Virus record (IMG/VR): IMGVR_UViG_3300025875_000618
Location: 1 to 50,201 of that record
Origin: a virus
Taxonomy: Duplodnaviria > Caudoviricetes
Length of the DNA stretch: 50,201 nucleotides
Direction: 5' to 3' (one strand)
This document shows positions 1 through 8,568 of this stretch, in pieces. Below the pieces are notes generated by a model. The model had not been told where the DNA came from. It saw only the letters and a program-made list of their open reading frames with translations, and did no database searches. Each line of letters begins with the position of its first letter. Position 1 is the stretch's first letter. The translations under genes and the position numbers were made by a program.

Positions 1-1532
1 CGGGACCTCTCCAGGTCCGCGGGCAGCACCGCCCCCACCCGGCGGGCCGGGGGTGCAACTCCAGTGGCAGCGCGCGGCCCACGCTCCAAGTCCGGGGCCG
101 GCCCAGCTGGCGAGAGCTCCAGGGCGGGCAGGGACTGCCGGACCCGCTCCAGGTCCTGCCGCACCGCGGTGGCAATCTCCTGGGCCCGCTGCGCGTCCCC
201 CACCGCCACGTGCGCGTCGTGCAGCGCCCGCGCCATGTTCGCCAGCTGCCGCAGCAGCACCGCCTCCGCCACCGGCCCGCGCCCGCCGTGCGCCGCGGAC
301 GCCAGCAGCAGCGCCGCGCCCCGCGCCGTGGGCCCCACCCGCCGCTGCCCCCGGGTCTGCCACGCCGGCACCTGCGCGGACCGCGCCAGGGCGTCCGCGG
401 TGGCCGCCAGCGGCCCCGGGGTGTCCTCCACCCGCCGGGACCAGGCCGCGAACGCCCCAGACGTCTCCCGGGCCACCCGCGCCCACTCCGCCACGTCCTC
501 CACCGGCACCCGCCGCAGGTACTCCCGCACCTCCTGCAGCTCCGCGGACACCTGCTCCCAGGCGTCCGGCTCCGGCACCACGGTCTCCCGCCCGGGCGCG
601 GCCGGCCGCCGCTGCCGCCGCGCCGCCTGCCACTCCGCCACCGCCGCCTGCGCGCTCTCCGGGGTGTCCGGCCAGTCCTCCCGCAGCCGCGGCAGCGTCA
701 GGTCCTTGGCCAGGTGCCCACCGCCGTACCACACCGGCCGGTCCTCCCGGGACGCCGGCCGCGCGGCCACGGAGTACCCGGCCACCACCTGGTCCGTCCC
801 GGCGGCGTACCGCGGCCGCACCAGCAGCCGCTCCGCCCGCAGCCGGCGCACGAACTCCGCCTCGTCCCCGGACGCCGCGGCCGCGGCGCGCACCGTCCGC
901 GCCAGCGTCTCCCGCACCGTCTCCGGGGCGCCGGTGCGCCGCTGCTCCTCCAGCTCCGCTGGCTTCACCCCGCGCTCACCGCGGCCCCGGGACCGGGACT
1001 CCAGCACCTGCAGCCCGTACCGCTGCTCCAGCTCCCCGCACACCTTCTGCGCCCGCGGCTGGTCCCGCCACACGTCCGCCTTGGTGCCGTCCTCCCGCAC
1101 CAGGTTCACCACCAGGTGCACGTGGTCGTTGCCCGCGCTGGACAGCCCGTGCCGGACCGCCACCCACCGGCACGCCGCGCGGCCGCCCTCCGGCTCCTCA
1201 CCGCCGCCGGAGAAGCCCATGCGGTCCACGAACTCCTGCGCGATCTCCGCCCACCGCCCGTCCGTCTGCTGGCCCTCCTCCGCCCGCAGGGACAGGGAGC
1301 AGTGCCACACGTGCCCGCCCGGCACGTCCACCATGAACGCCCGCCGCGGGTGGTCCAGCTCCCGCGCGATGCTCAGCGCGGCGTCGTGGGACAGCTCCGT
1401 GTCGTCGTGCCACGCCATGATCGCGGGGTCACCGGCCACCAGGTGCGGGTCCGTGTGCTCGTTGCGTCTGCCTGGCCCCACCAGGTACGCCATGAGCCCG
1501 GACATGCGCGTGCCCCGGCTGATGTTGGGCAT
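1..1532 (-). CDS. Relaxase/mobilisation nuclease (MOB_P-like), 3' end beyond the window edge
   Basis: Manual translation from ATG at 1532: MPNISRGTRMSGLMAYLVGPGRRNEHTDPHLVAGD...VWHCSLSL...NDHVHLVVNLV. It has the catalytic Tyr motif and HUH motif of actinobacterial relaxases. Absent from the ORF track because it runs off the edge. Confidence 0.9.
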   Translation of the reverse strand, partial: MPNISRGTRMSGLMAYLVGPGRRNEHTDPHLVAGDPAIMAWHDDTELSHDAALSIARELDHPRRAFMVDVPGGHVWHCSLSLRAEEGQQTDGRWAEIAQEFVDRMGFSGGGEEPEGGRAACRWVAVRHGLSSAGNDHVHLVVNLVREDGTKADVWRDQPRAQKVCGELEQRYGLQVLESRSRGRGERGVKPAELEEQRRTGAPETVRETLARTVRAAAAASGDEAEFVRRLRAERLLVRPRYAAGTDQVVAGYSVAARPASREDRPVWYGGGHLAKDLTLPRLREDWPDTPESAQAAVAEWQAARRQRRPAAPGRETVVPEPDAWEQVSAELQEVREYLRRVPVEDVAEWARVARETSGAFAAWSRRVEDTPGPLAATADALARSAQVPAWQTRGQRRVGPTARGAALLLASAAHGGRGPVAEAVLLRQLANMARALHDAHVAVGDAQRAQEIATAVRQDLERVRQSLPALELSPAGPAPDLERGPRAATGVAPPARRVGAVLPADLERS

Positions 1533-1885
1533 CACCCCCGGTCCACCCCCTGGCTGGAGGGGCCGAACAGGTCCACGATCCGCTGCAGGTCACGTCCCGC
1601 GGCGTCACCCACCAGGCAGTGCTCCCGGCACGGACCGCACAGCCGGTCCTCCCCGCTGGCCAGCTGGGAGCACCGCCGGCGGTCTGGGTGCACGTGCGCC
1701 AGCGGCCAGCCCGGGCAGACGCAGCGGAGCACCGGGTCCAGCAGGTCCCCCAGGTTGCTGGACAGCGGGGTGTGCCGGGACCGCCACAGCTCCTCCACGG
1801 ACTGCGCCGCCTGGCCCAGGTGCGCGGACACCTCCCGGTGGTCCGCGATGCCGTAGCGGTGAGAGAACGGCGGGCGGCCGCTCAC
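1532..1885 (-). CDS. Hypothetical Cys/His-rich protein
   Basis: GTG start overlaps upstream stop; stop overlaps relaxase start; CxC...HxH...CxxCxxHC. Confidence 0.65.
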   Translation of the reverse strand: MSGRPPFSHRYGIADHREVSAHLGQAAQSVEELWRSRHTPLSSNLGDLLDPVLRCVCPGWPLAHVHPDRRRCSQLASGEDRLCGPCREHCLVGDAAGRDLQRIVDLFGPSSQGVDRG

Positions 1886-2106
1886 TCCCGGTGCTCCAGC
1901 GCCCGCACCAGCGCGCAGGGCCACAGCTCCCCGTCCCGCTGGCACTCCGCCAGCCCACCGCCGTCCGGGTGCTGCCACGGCCGGTGGCCCTCCGCGTACG
2001 CCTTGGCCAGGCCCTGGGCGCGCAGCTCCCGCTGCACCGGAGACTCCGCCAGCGGGCGGCACAGCCACGCGGCCCACAGCAGCAGGCCCAGCAGCAGCCA
2101 GCCCAT
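1882..2106 (-). CDS. Small membrane-anchored hypothetical protein
   Basis: MGWLLLGLLLWAAWL N-terminus; C-terminal H...C...WPC motif common in actinophage proteins; coupled overlaps. Confidence 0.65.
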   Translation of the reverse strand: MGWLLLGLLLWAAWLCRPLAESPVQRELRAQGLAKAYAEGHRPWQHPDGGGLAECQRDGELWPCALVRALEHRE

Positions 2107-2324
2107 CAGGGCCCCCACCGGCGGAGCACCGCGCGGCGCAGCGTGGGCGCGTACTCCGGCAGGTCCACCTGCTCCAGCGCCACCACCTCCCACAGCCCCG
2201 CCGGCTCCACCGCGGCCAGGACCACCCCCGGCACCACCTCAGGGACCGCGGCCACGTCCGTCCAGGTGACAACCCGCCCGTCTGCCTGGCCTACCTGCCC
2301 CGTCCACCGCACCAGCAGGGTCAC
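2106..2324 (-). CDS. Hypothetical protein
   Basis: GTGA overlap at start, TGATG overlap at end. Confidence 0.6.
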   Translation of the reverse strand: MTLLVRWTGQVGQADGRVVTWTDVAAVPEVVPGVVLAAVEPAGLWEVVALEQVDLPEYAPTLRRAVLRRWGP

Positions 2325-2617
2325 GTCCGCTCCTCCAGCCCGGGGTGGGACCAGGCAGCCAGCGGCTGCTCCGCGGCCAGCCGCAGCGCCGCCGGCAGGT
2401 CCCACGCCCGCACCTGGATGGAGAACGGCTCACCCCACCAGTCCGCGTCCTGGTAGTCGTGCGGTGCCGCGTCCTCCGGGCCCATGATCCCGGAGGACAT
2501 GCGGGACGCCCCGGTGATGACCCAGGTGTGCCCGTCCTCCGGGGTCTGGCACAGGTGCTCACCCTCCGCCGGGTGCCACGCCTTGCACCGCCCGCAGTAC
2601 CGCTGGCTGGCGGTCAC
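2321..2617 (-). CDS. Hypothetical protein (CxxC...H...HxC)
   Basis: GTGA-coupled; VTASQRYCGRCKAWH... Confidence 0.65.
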   Translation of the reverse strand: MTASQRYCGRCKAWHPAEGEHLCQTPEDGHTWVITGASRMSSGIMGPEDAAPHDYQDADWWGEPFSIQVRAWDLPAALRLAAEQPLAAWSHPGLEERT

Positions 2618-3186
2618 CGGGCCGCCGCCCGCAGCTGCCCGGCGAACCACGACGCCGGCCCTGTCGCGTACACCTCCGCCGCCAGGTGGTACACCTGCTC
2701 CTCTCCCGGCCGGGACACCCGCACGACGTCCTCCTGCCACGGTCCGACCCACTCCACGGAAACGCCAGGCGCTACCAGCAGGCGGTCGTGCGGGTCCACC
2801 AGCTGCACCATCGGCTGGCTGGGCTGCTCAGAGCCCAGCCCCAGCGCCGCCCGCAGGTCCTCCAGCGCCACCTGCGGCACCGCGTCCTCCGGGTGCTCCG
2901 TGACCAGCGCCCGGACCCGCGCCAGCGTCCACTCCGCGTCCGCCAGCTCCTGCACGACGTCCCGCCGCTCCGCTGGCTGCGCCTGCTCCGCCACCACGTG
3001 GATGGGCAGGGTCACCTGCCAGTCCGACTGCGTGCCGTCGTCCGCCCGCACCGTGATGGTGGGCGCGGCCGCGTAGCCGACCACCACACCCTCCGCCACC
3101 GGCGGGTAGTTCCCCCGCGGGTCACACGCCGCGTACACCTGCACCCGGCGGCCCAGCCACCTCTCCGCCTCCGCGCTCACCGTCAC
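2614..3186 (-). CDS. Hypothetical protein
   Basis: 190 aa ORF, GTGA-coupled on both sides. Confidence 0.7.
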   Translation of the reverse strand: MTVSAEAERWLGRRVQVYAACDPRGNYPPVAEGVVVGYAAAPTITVRADDGTQSDWQVTLPIHVVAEQAQPAERRDVVQELADAEWTLARVRALVTEHPEDAVPQVALEDLRAALGLGSEQPSQPMVQLVDPHDRLLVAPGVSVEWVGPWQEDVVRVSRPGEEQVYHLAAEVYATGPASWFAGQLRAAAR

Positions 3187-3395
3187 GCCCGCCCCTCCGC
3201 TCGGTTCCTCAGGTCCTGCCGGTACATGTCCAGCGGACCGCCCACGTCCTCCCCGTGCAGCCAGCCCATCACCTCCGCGATGGGCGCGTGCCCGGGCGGC
3301 ATGTCACACACCCCGTGGTGGCCGAACGGCTCCCCGCACAGCCCCAGAGACCGCGCGTGCGCCACCACCAGCGCCCGCCGCTCCTCCGCGCTCAC
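3183..3395 (-). CDS. Hypothetical protein
   Basis: GTGA-coupled; C...C...GH...H pattern. Confidence 0.6.
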   Translation of the reverse strand: MSAEERRALVVAHARSLGLCGEPFGHHGVCDMPPGHAPIAEVMGWLHGEDVGGPLDMYRQDLRNRAEGRA

Positions 3396-3946
3396 GCCGG
3401 CCCCCGCAGCAGCTGCAGCACCCGCTGCGCCACGAAGTACCGGGCGGCCGTGGCGTCGGCCACCGCCGCCTCCTCGCTGCCCTCCTCCGGGTGCTCCGCG
3501 GGCAGCTCCGCCATGCTGCGGGCCCGCAGCTCCCGGCAGTACTTTCGCACCCGGTCCACCGCCGCCTGCGCGTCCTCCGCCGGGTCCTCCGGCCCGTCCA
3601 GCTTCTGCTGCAGCAGGCACAGCTCCAGCTCACCCGCGCCGCCCGTCCCCGGCCAGCACCGCGGCATCTGCGCCCCACCGTTCGTGCCCCGCGTGTCCCA
3701 GCTGCAGCCGATCACCTGGCACTTCCGCAGCGGCGCGGACTGCCACACCTCCTCCTCCGTGCGCTCCCCGTCCCGCCGGCGCATGAGCCGCACCGCACCC
3801 CCGGCCGGGTAGCCCTCCGCGAACCGCGCCGCCTGGTGCCTGGCGTTGGACGCCCCGGGCCGCTGCCACGTGGTGGCCGCCTGCCACACCTCCTGCCCTG
3901 GCCGCCGCACCTGCACCTGGTACTCCGCGTCCTCCACCGTGCTCAC
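3392..3946 (-). CDS. Hypothetical protein
   Basis: 184 aa ORF, GTGA-coupled. Confidence 0.7.
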   Translation of the reverse strand: MSTVEDAEYQVQVRRPGQEVWQAATTWQRPGASNARHQAARFAEGYPAGGAVRLMRRRDGERTEEEVWQSAPLRKCQVIGCSWDTRGTNGGAQMPRCWPGTGGAGELELCLLQQKLDGPEDPAEDAQAAVDRVRKYCRELRARSMAELPAEHPEEGSEEAAVADATAARYFVAQRVLQLLRGPA

Positions 3947-4371
3947 GACCCCACGCTCCCCACGCCCTCAGCTGCCAGCGCGTCCAGCGCCTGGTCGATC
4001 CGCCCACCCGGGCCAGCCACGTCCCTCAGGTGCACCAGCAGCTCCCGCACCTCCACCACCGGCAGGTCCCGCGTGGTGTTCGCCTGCCGCGCCAGCTGGT
4101 TGAGGTTCGTGGCCACCCCCGCGCACTGCCGGCGCAGCGCGAACAGGTCACGCATCGCCTGCCGCCGCTCCGCCGGCACCTCCCGGTCCGCGGCCAGCGC
4201 GGACTCCACCAGCAGCCGCTGCACCGACACCCCCAGCCGCCCGGCGCGCAGCAGCAGCTCCGCCTCCTCCTCCGGGGACGTCCGCACTTTCCGCACCCCC
4301 GGCCGCCCGCCCGGTACACCCTCCCGCCGGGACCGGCCCAGCAGCTGCCCCGGCGTCCGCTCCCCGCTCAC
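3943..4371 (-). CDS. mobC: MobC family relaxosome accessory protein
   Basis: RHH-like N-terminus (KVRTSPEEEAELLLRAGRLGVSVQRLLVESAL) and the diagnostic NLNQLARQAN motif. Confidence 0.9.
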   Translation of the reverse strand: MSGERTPGQLLGRSRREGVPGGRPGVRKVRTSPEEEAELLLRAGRLGVSVQRLLVESALAADREVPAERRQAMRDLFALRRQCAGVATNLNQLARQANTTRDLPVVEVRELLVHLRDVAGPGGRIDQALDALAAEGVGSVGS

Positions 4372-4535
4372 GTGGCCACCGCCGCAGCCGCCCGGCACTC
4401 CGCGCAGTCCAGCTCCTCCGGGCGTGCACCGCGCTGCCACCGCACGTAGTCCACGGAGCACAGCCCACCCGTCCAGTCCGGCCCGAACAGGCCCACCAGG
4501 TCCTCCGCCCGCACCGGCCGCGGCGTCTCCGTCAC
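4368..4535 (-). CDS. Small hypothetical protein
   Basis: GTGA-coupled; DLVGLFGPDWTGGLCSVDYVRWQR. Confidence 0.6.
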   Translation of the reverse strand: MTETPRPVRAEDLVGLFGPDWTGGLCSVDYVRWQRGARPEELDCAECRAAAAVAT

Positions 4536-4840
4536 GCTGCCCACCCCTCCACGATCAGCCGCACCATGCGCGCGCCCTCGTCCAGCTCCGTGGTCTCCTT
4601 CGGCGGGCGCACCAGTGCCAGCCCGGACTCCGCCACCGTGGCCGCGAACTCCCCGCGCACCTGCGTCCACCACATGCCCTCCATCACCGGCAGCCGCCTG
4701 GTCCACTCCGCCCCGATGACAGCGCGCACCGCGGTCACCCGCTGCCGGGACAGCCCGCCGCAGTCGCAGTCCACGTGGTCCCAGCCGGAGTCCGCCGGGC
4801 AGTCCGCTAGGTGCTCACGCCGGGGCCCGGGAGCGGTCAC
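4532..4840 (-). CDS. Hypothetical protein
   Basis: GTGA-coupled; H..DC...CDC motif. Confidence 0.6.
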   Translation of the reverse strand: MTAPGPRREHLADCPADSGWDHVDCDCGGLSRQRVTAVRAVIGAEWTRRLPVMEGMWWTQVRGEFAATVAESGLALVRPPKETTELDEGARMVRLIVEGWAA

Positions 4841-5643
4841 GGCTCCGCGGTCCAGTAGCCCAGGTGCGCGGCCGTGGACCACGTGTTCACCGCGTCCAGG
4901 TCCGGGTGCTCCGGCAGCGGCGTCCGGCCGTGCCGCAGCAGCCACTGCAGCTGCGCCGCCCGCTCGTCAATCAGCAGCAGCACCTCCCGCAGCGGCACCT
5001 CCCCACGCTTCACCGCCAGCACCAGCTCCCGGTCCTCCTCCGGCAGCGGCAGCGTCAGCCGGCCGGCCTGCACCACCTCCAGACCCTGGATGCACAGCCG
5101 CAGCGCGTGGGAGGCGTACTTGGTGTCGAAGCCGTGCGCGGCCACCAGCTCCGGCCGGTTGGGCGTGTGCCGCGTGTCCTGCCCCGTCACCCGCTGCCGC
5201 TGCGCCGTCATGTACCCCAGGAACCGCCGCCCGGCCTGCTGGGACAGCAGGGTGGGCCCGAACAGCCGCAGCTGCTCACCCAGCGGCGTGGACACCAGCA
5301 CGTGCTCCCGCGGCGCGAACAGCGGGAGCAGCGCCGTGGGATTCCCCGTGGCCACCAGCGCCAGGTACTTGCGCAGGGCGTACAGCGTCAGGTCCGTGTC
5401 CCCATGCCGGGACCGGTGACCCTCCGGCACCGTCCGCGCCACGTAGTGCTGCGCGTCCTGCGCGATGCCCAGCACCTGCTGCGGGGACTCCACGTACACG
5501 CCCATCTCGTCGTGGTCGTCCTGGCCCTCCAGCGCGATCCCGTGGACCCCGGAGCCCACCACCGTCCGCAGCACCTCCCGCTGCGGCGCGCTCCTGTCCC
5601 CGTTCTCCGTCAGCCACAGCCGCGTGGCGTCCAGCTCCGTCAC
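4837..5643 (-). CDS. Pol-beta superfamily nucleotidyltransferase (RlaP/YcgL-like)
   Basis: VVGSGVHG...DDHDEMGV (GS + DxD), GNPT, FDTKYASHALRL motifs. Confidence 0.85.
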   Translation of the reverse strand: MTELDATRLWLTENGDRSAPQREVLRTVVGSGVHGIALEGQDDHDEMGVYVESPQQVLGIAQDAQHYVARTVPEGHRSRHGDTDLTLYALRKYLALVATGNPTALLPLFAPREHVLVSTPLGEQLRLFGPTLLSQQAGRRFLGYMTAQRQRVTGQDTRHTPNRPELVAAHGFDTKYASHALRLCIQGLEVVQAGRLTLPLPEEDRELVLAVKRGEVPLREVLLLIDERAAQLQWLLRHGRTPLPEHPDLDAVNTWSTAAHLGYWTAEP

Positions 5644-6104
5644 CTCAGCACCTCCACGTAGGCGTCCGGGAACGCGCCCGTCTGACCCGACGCCGGCAGG
5701 TACACGGTCAGCCCGATCACCTCCGCCGACGTCACCCGCATCACCGGCGGGGCCTCCGCCAGCGCCGCGTCCATGTCCCGCTCCCAGGCCGCCAGGTCCA
5801 GCCGCGCCAGGTCCAGCCCACACGGGTACCGGCCCGGCGCGATGTTGTCGCACGTCCCAGACAGGATCACCTCCAGCGGGTCCAGCCCAGACGGGTACAC
5901 GCTCACCCGGCCCACCAGCGTGGCCCCCGCGTGACCCCCCGGCCACGGCCGCGTGTACAGCGCCATGAGCGGCACCGTCGCCACCCCGCTGAGCGCACCC
6001 GCCGCGATGCTCCGCCGGTCCGCCGTCTCCCGTTCCATCCACCCCGCGCGTCCCCGCACGGAGAACGGCTGCCGCAGCAGCACACCCGCCCTGTCCTGTG
6101 GCAC
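5640..6104 (-). CDS. Stand-alone prohead-protease-like domain protein (paralogue of domain in 31494-34166)
   Basis: GGAGGAG RBS before GTG 6104; TADRRSIAAGAL...PLM...GGHAGATLVGRV aligns by eye with TGDGRIFKVGSL...PLL...GHDGSIVVGRI. Confidence 0.6.
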   Translation of the reverse strand: MPQDRAGVLLRQPFSVRGRAGWMERETADRRSIAAGALSGVATVPLMALYTRPWPGGHAGATLVGRVSVYPSGLDPLEVILSGTCDNIAPGRYPCGLDLARLDLAAWERDMDAALAEAPPVMRVTSAEVIGLTVYLPASGQTGAFPDAYVEVLR

Positions 6105-6214
6105 TGGCTCCTCCGCCTGTCGTCTCTCAGCCCAGCGCAGCGATCCCCGCCAGGGGAACCCCCGATGTACGCCAGGGTCGCACAGCGTCACCGCAGCGTC
6201 CAGCGGCAGCCCGC

Positions 6215-6250
6215 CGTTAGGGCCCCTTGCCCTCTAGCTTGCTCACCCCC
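6215..6250. other. Candidate oriT / nic site
   Basis: CTAGCTTGCTC at 6234-6244 resembles MOB_P nic cores (ATCCTG/C, GCTTG/C). It lies in the intergenic gap at the head of the operon containing mobC and the relaxase. Confidence 0.4.
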
Positions 6251-6331
6251 ACTCACCCACAGGGTTTCCCCCACCTGTGGACAGACCTGGGTGGGGTGGC
6301 AGTGAGGGGAGGGGGCGCTACTCTCCGTCGC

Positions 6332-6637
6332 ATGGCTGAGACCCCGACCCCCGCGCAGTACGTGGACAGAGCCCAGGCGCTCCTGCAGGACCGGCTGGAC
6401 GTGGTGCAGGACCTGGTGCAGACCAGGCTGGCCGTGGAGGCGGCGCAGGCCGCGCTGGCGGAGGCGCAGCGGGCGGACGCGGTGGCGTACGCCGCGGCCA
6501 CCCGGAAGGGGTGGACGGAGCAGGAGCTGGGCCTGGTGGGCATCGCTCCGCCGGCGGTGCGCGTCCCGGGCCGGCCGCGCAGCCGGGGCAGCCGGGCGCG
6601 GGGCGGCCAGCAGGGACAGGAGCAGCAGCAGGAGTAG
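6332..6637 (+). CDS. Small coiled-coil hypothetical protein, plasmid-type
   Basis: MAETPTPAQYVDRAQALLQDRL...YAAATRKGWTEQEL; divergent from the mob operon and followed by a hairpin. Confidence 0.75.
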   Translation: MAETPTPAQYVDRAQALLQDRLDVVQDLVQTRLAVEAAQAALAEAQRADAVAYAAATRKGWTEQELGLVGIAPPAVRVPGRPRSRGSRARGGQQGQEQQQE

Positions 6638-6651
6638 CCCGGCCGGGACAG

Positions 6652-6688
6652 CAGAGGGCCCCCACCGCACCGCGGTGGGGGCCCTCTG
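6652..6688. terminator. Hairpin terminator between convergent genes
   Basis: Perfect 17-bp stem CAGAGGGCCCCCACCGC / GCGGTGGGGGCCCTCTG. Confidence 0.8.
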
Positions 6689-6697
6689 TGTGTGGGG

Positions 6698-7246
6698 TCA
6701 GGAGGCGGCGGCCTCCTCCTCCCCGAACCGCTGCAGGTACTGCACCAGGGTGACGCGCTCCCAGCCGTGCTCCGTGGCGGCGGGCTCCAGCTCCCGGGTG
6801 ACGCCCTGGGTGCCCCAGGTGACCCACACGGCGTCCTCCTCCAGGCGCACGCCGCAGCTGTACAGGCCCAGGCCGGAGAAGGCGCGGCCGCGCATCCCGT
6901 GCAGCTCCTCCAGCTCCCGGCGCTGGTCGGGCTGGGAGTACCGCTGCAGCTCCTTCTCCAGGCGCTTGTTGCTGGCGCGGGGGCGGATCAGCTGTGGGGT
7001 CTTGACGGGGCGGAACCAGCCGCGGGGCAGGTCCACGCCGTCCGGCCAGCCCAGGCCGGAAAAGCGGTGGCCCTGGAAGTAGGCCACGCGGGTGGGGTCT
7101 CCTGTGGGGACGCCGGCGGTGTCGTACAGGGCGTCCATCCACACCTGCCGCTCCTGGGTGGTCTGGACGTGGCGGGCCTGGACGTCCGCGGCCCAGGCCA
7201 GCAGCTCCGGGGTGCTGTTGCGGTAGACGAGCGCGGGCACGGTCAT
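6698..7246 (-). CDS. Hypothetical protein
   Basis: 182 aa, GAGGAG RBS, ATGA overlap. Confidence 0.75.
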   Translation of the reverse strand: MTVPALVYRNSTPELLAWAADVQARHVQTTQERQVWMDALYDTAGVPTGDPTRVAYFQGHRFSGLGWPDGVDLPRGWFRPVKTPQLIRPRASNKRLEKELQRYSQPDQRRELEELHGMRGRAFSGLGLYSCGVRLEEDAVWVTWGTQGVTRELEPAATEHGWERVTLVQYLQRFGEEEAAAS

Positions 7247-7587
7247 GGGGTCTCCTCTGTGTCGTTGGGGTGCATGACGCGGCGGTGGTCGGTCAGCTCC
7301 TGCCGGGTGTGCAGGACCTCTCCGCAGGGGCAGGTGACGGTGGCCTCCAGGACCACCCAGCCGCGGCTGCGGAGAGCCCGCCAGCAGCGGCCCAGCAGGT
7401 ACCAGGCGACGCCGGCGATGGTCCCGGCCACCAGGACCCAGGCCAGGTGGCCCCAGCCCTCGTCCTGCGCGATGTGCCAGGTGTTGAGCAGCCAGCCGGC
7501 CAGGATGACCCAGTTGCCGTAGCGGGCCCAGTCCCGGCCCCAGCGGCGGAGGGCCCAGCCGCCGGCCATGAGCACCAGGGCGGTCAC
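7243..7587 (-). CDS. Membrane protein with C-terminal C2H2-like motif
   Basis: Hydrophobic segments; CPCG...HRRVMH. Confidence 0.65.
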   Translation of the reverse strand: MTALVLMAGGWALRRWGRDWARYGNWVILAGWLLNTWHIAQDEGWGHLAWVLVAGTIAGVAWYLLGRCWRALRSRGWVVLEATVTCPCGEVLHTRQELTDHRRVMHPNDTEETP

Positions 7588-7694
7588 CGGGGGTCCCTCC
7601 GGCCCCACGGGTTGCCGCGCTGCCGGCGGCGGCCCTGGGCGGCTCCCACCAGGAGTCCCAGGGCCACGCCGGCGGCGAGTGCCAGGGCGGTCAC
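7584..7694 (-). CDS. 36-aa membrane peptide
   Basis: GTGA-coupled both sides; VTALALAAGVALGLLVG. Confidence 0.5.
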   Translation of the reverse strand: MTALALAAGVALGLLVGAAQGRRRQRGNPWGRRDPR

Positions 7695-8266
7695 CAGTGG
7701 TAGTCCAGACCCAGGGCGCGGGCCAGGACGAGTCCGCCGGCGCGGGCGGGCTCGCACGGCCAGCTGGTGGTCCAGCCGTCTCCCCAGCAGACGGCGCACT
7801 GCCACAGGTGCGGGGTGCCCATGCCGTCCCAGACGGGCCGGTGGCACTCCGCGGGCAGCGCCTGCCGCTCCTCCGGGGTCAGCTCCTGGTACAGGCGCAT
7901 GGCGGCCGGCTCCGGGGTGCGGGTGCGGGGCTGGCCGGGAGCGTCGATCAGGTAGCCCAGGCGCTTCATCCACTGGAGGACGTGGGCCACCAGGGCGTCC
8001 CGGGCGCCGATGGGGAGCGCGTCCACGCGGGTGGGGTCCACGGTCTGCCCGGTGAGGCGGAGGAGCGCCCACAGCTCCTCCACGCTGATGACGGGCTCCA
8101 CGCCGCAGCTGGGCTCATGGGCGCCGGGGAATGGGCTGTCCCAGTGCCCGGCGCCGCAGGTGTGGCGGCCGGTCTCCAGGACCAGCCAGGCCCCGTCCAC
8201 GTGGAGCTGGCCGTCTGGGCTCTGCGGCTGCGGCAGCGGGGAGACGCCGGTGGGTGGTGTGGTCAC
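7691..8266 (-). CDS. Hypothetical protein
   Basis: 191 aa; CH.P...W.CAVC...WPC motif. Confidence 0.7.
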   Translation of the reverse strand: MTTPPTGVSPLPQPQSPDGQLHVDGAWLVLETGRHTCGAGHWDSPFPGAHEPSCGVEPVISVEELWALLRLTGQTVDPTRVDALPIGARDALVAHVLQWMKRLGYLIDAPGQPRTRTPEPAAMRLYQELTPEERQALPAECHRPVWDGMGTPHLWQCAVCWGDGWTTSWPCEPARAGGLVLARALGLDYHW

Positions 8267-8568
8267 GCTGGGGTCTCCTGGGTGGTGTCGGTGGCGGGCT
8301 CCCAGACCACGGGCTGGGAGCGTTCGATGGTGACGGTGGCGGCGGGCTCCACGCGGTACCCGCCGTCCTCAATGCTGCGGGCCTCCACGTGGTAGCCGGT
8401 GCGCATCCGGGCGGCGCGCTGGTGCGCGGCCTGGGCGGACTGGTAGTGGCGCACCACGGTGTAGCTGCGCAGCACGGTGCCGTCCGGGGCGCGGTCGGTG
8501 ACGTACGTGGCGGTGACCCGGTACAGGCGCTTGGTCCGGTTGGCGGTCAGAACGGCAGCACCGCCCAC
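8263..8568 (-). CDS. Hypothetical protein (start uncertain)
   Basis: Protein-like composition; stop coupled to next gene. Confidence 0.6.
   Translation of the reverse strand: MGGAAVLTANRTKRLYRVTATYVTDRAPDGTVLRSYTVVRHYQSAQAAHQRAARMRTGYHVEARSIEDGGYRVEPAATVTIERSQPVVWEPATDTTQETPA

Noticed and set aside
53-2487. Long + strand ORFs (427, 807, 548 aa)
   Set aside because: Antisense shadows of the relaxase and coupled genes; Pro/Arg/Ala-rich, as expected in high-GC DNA.
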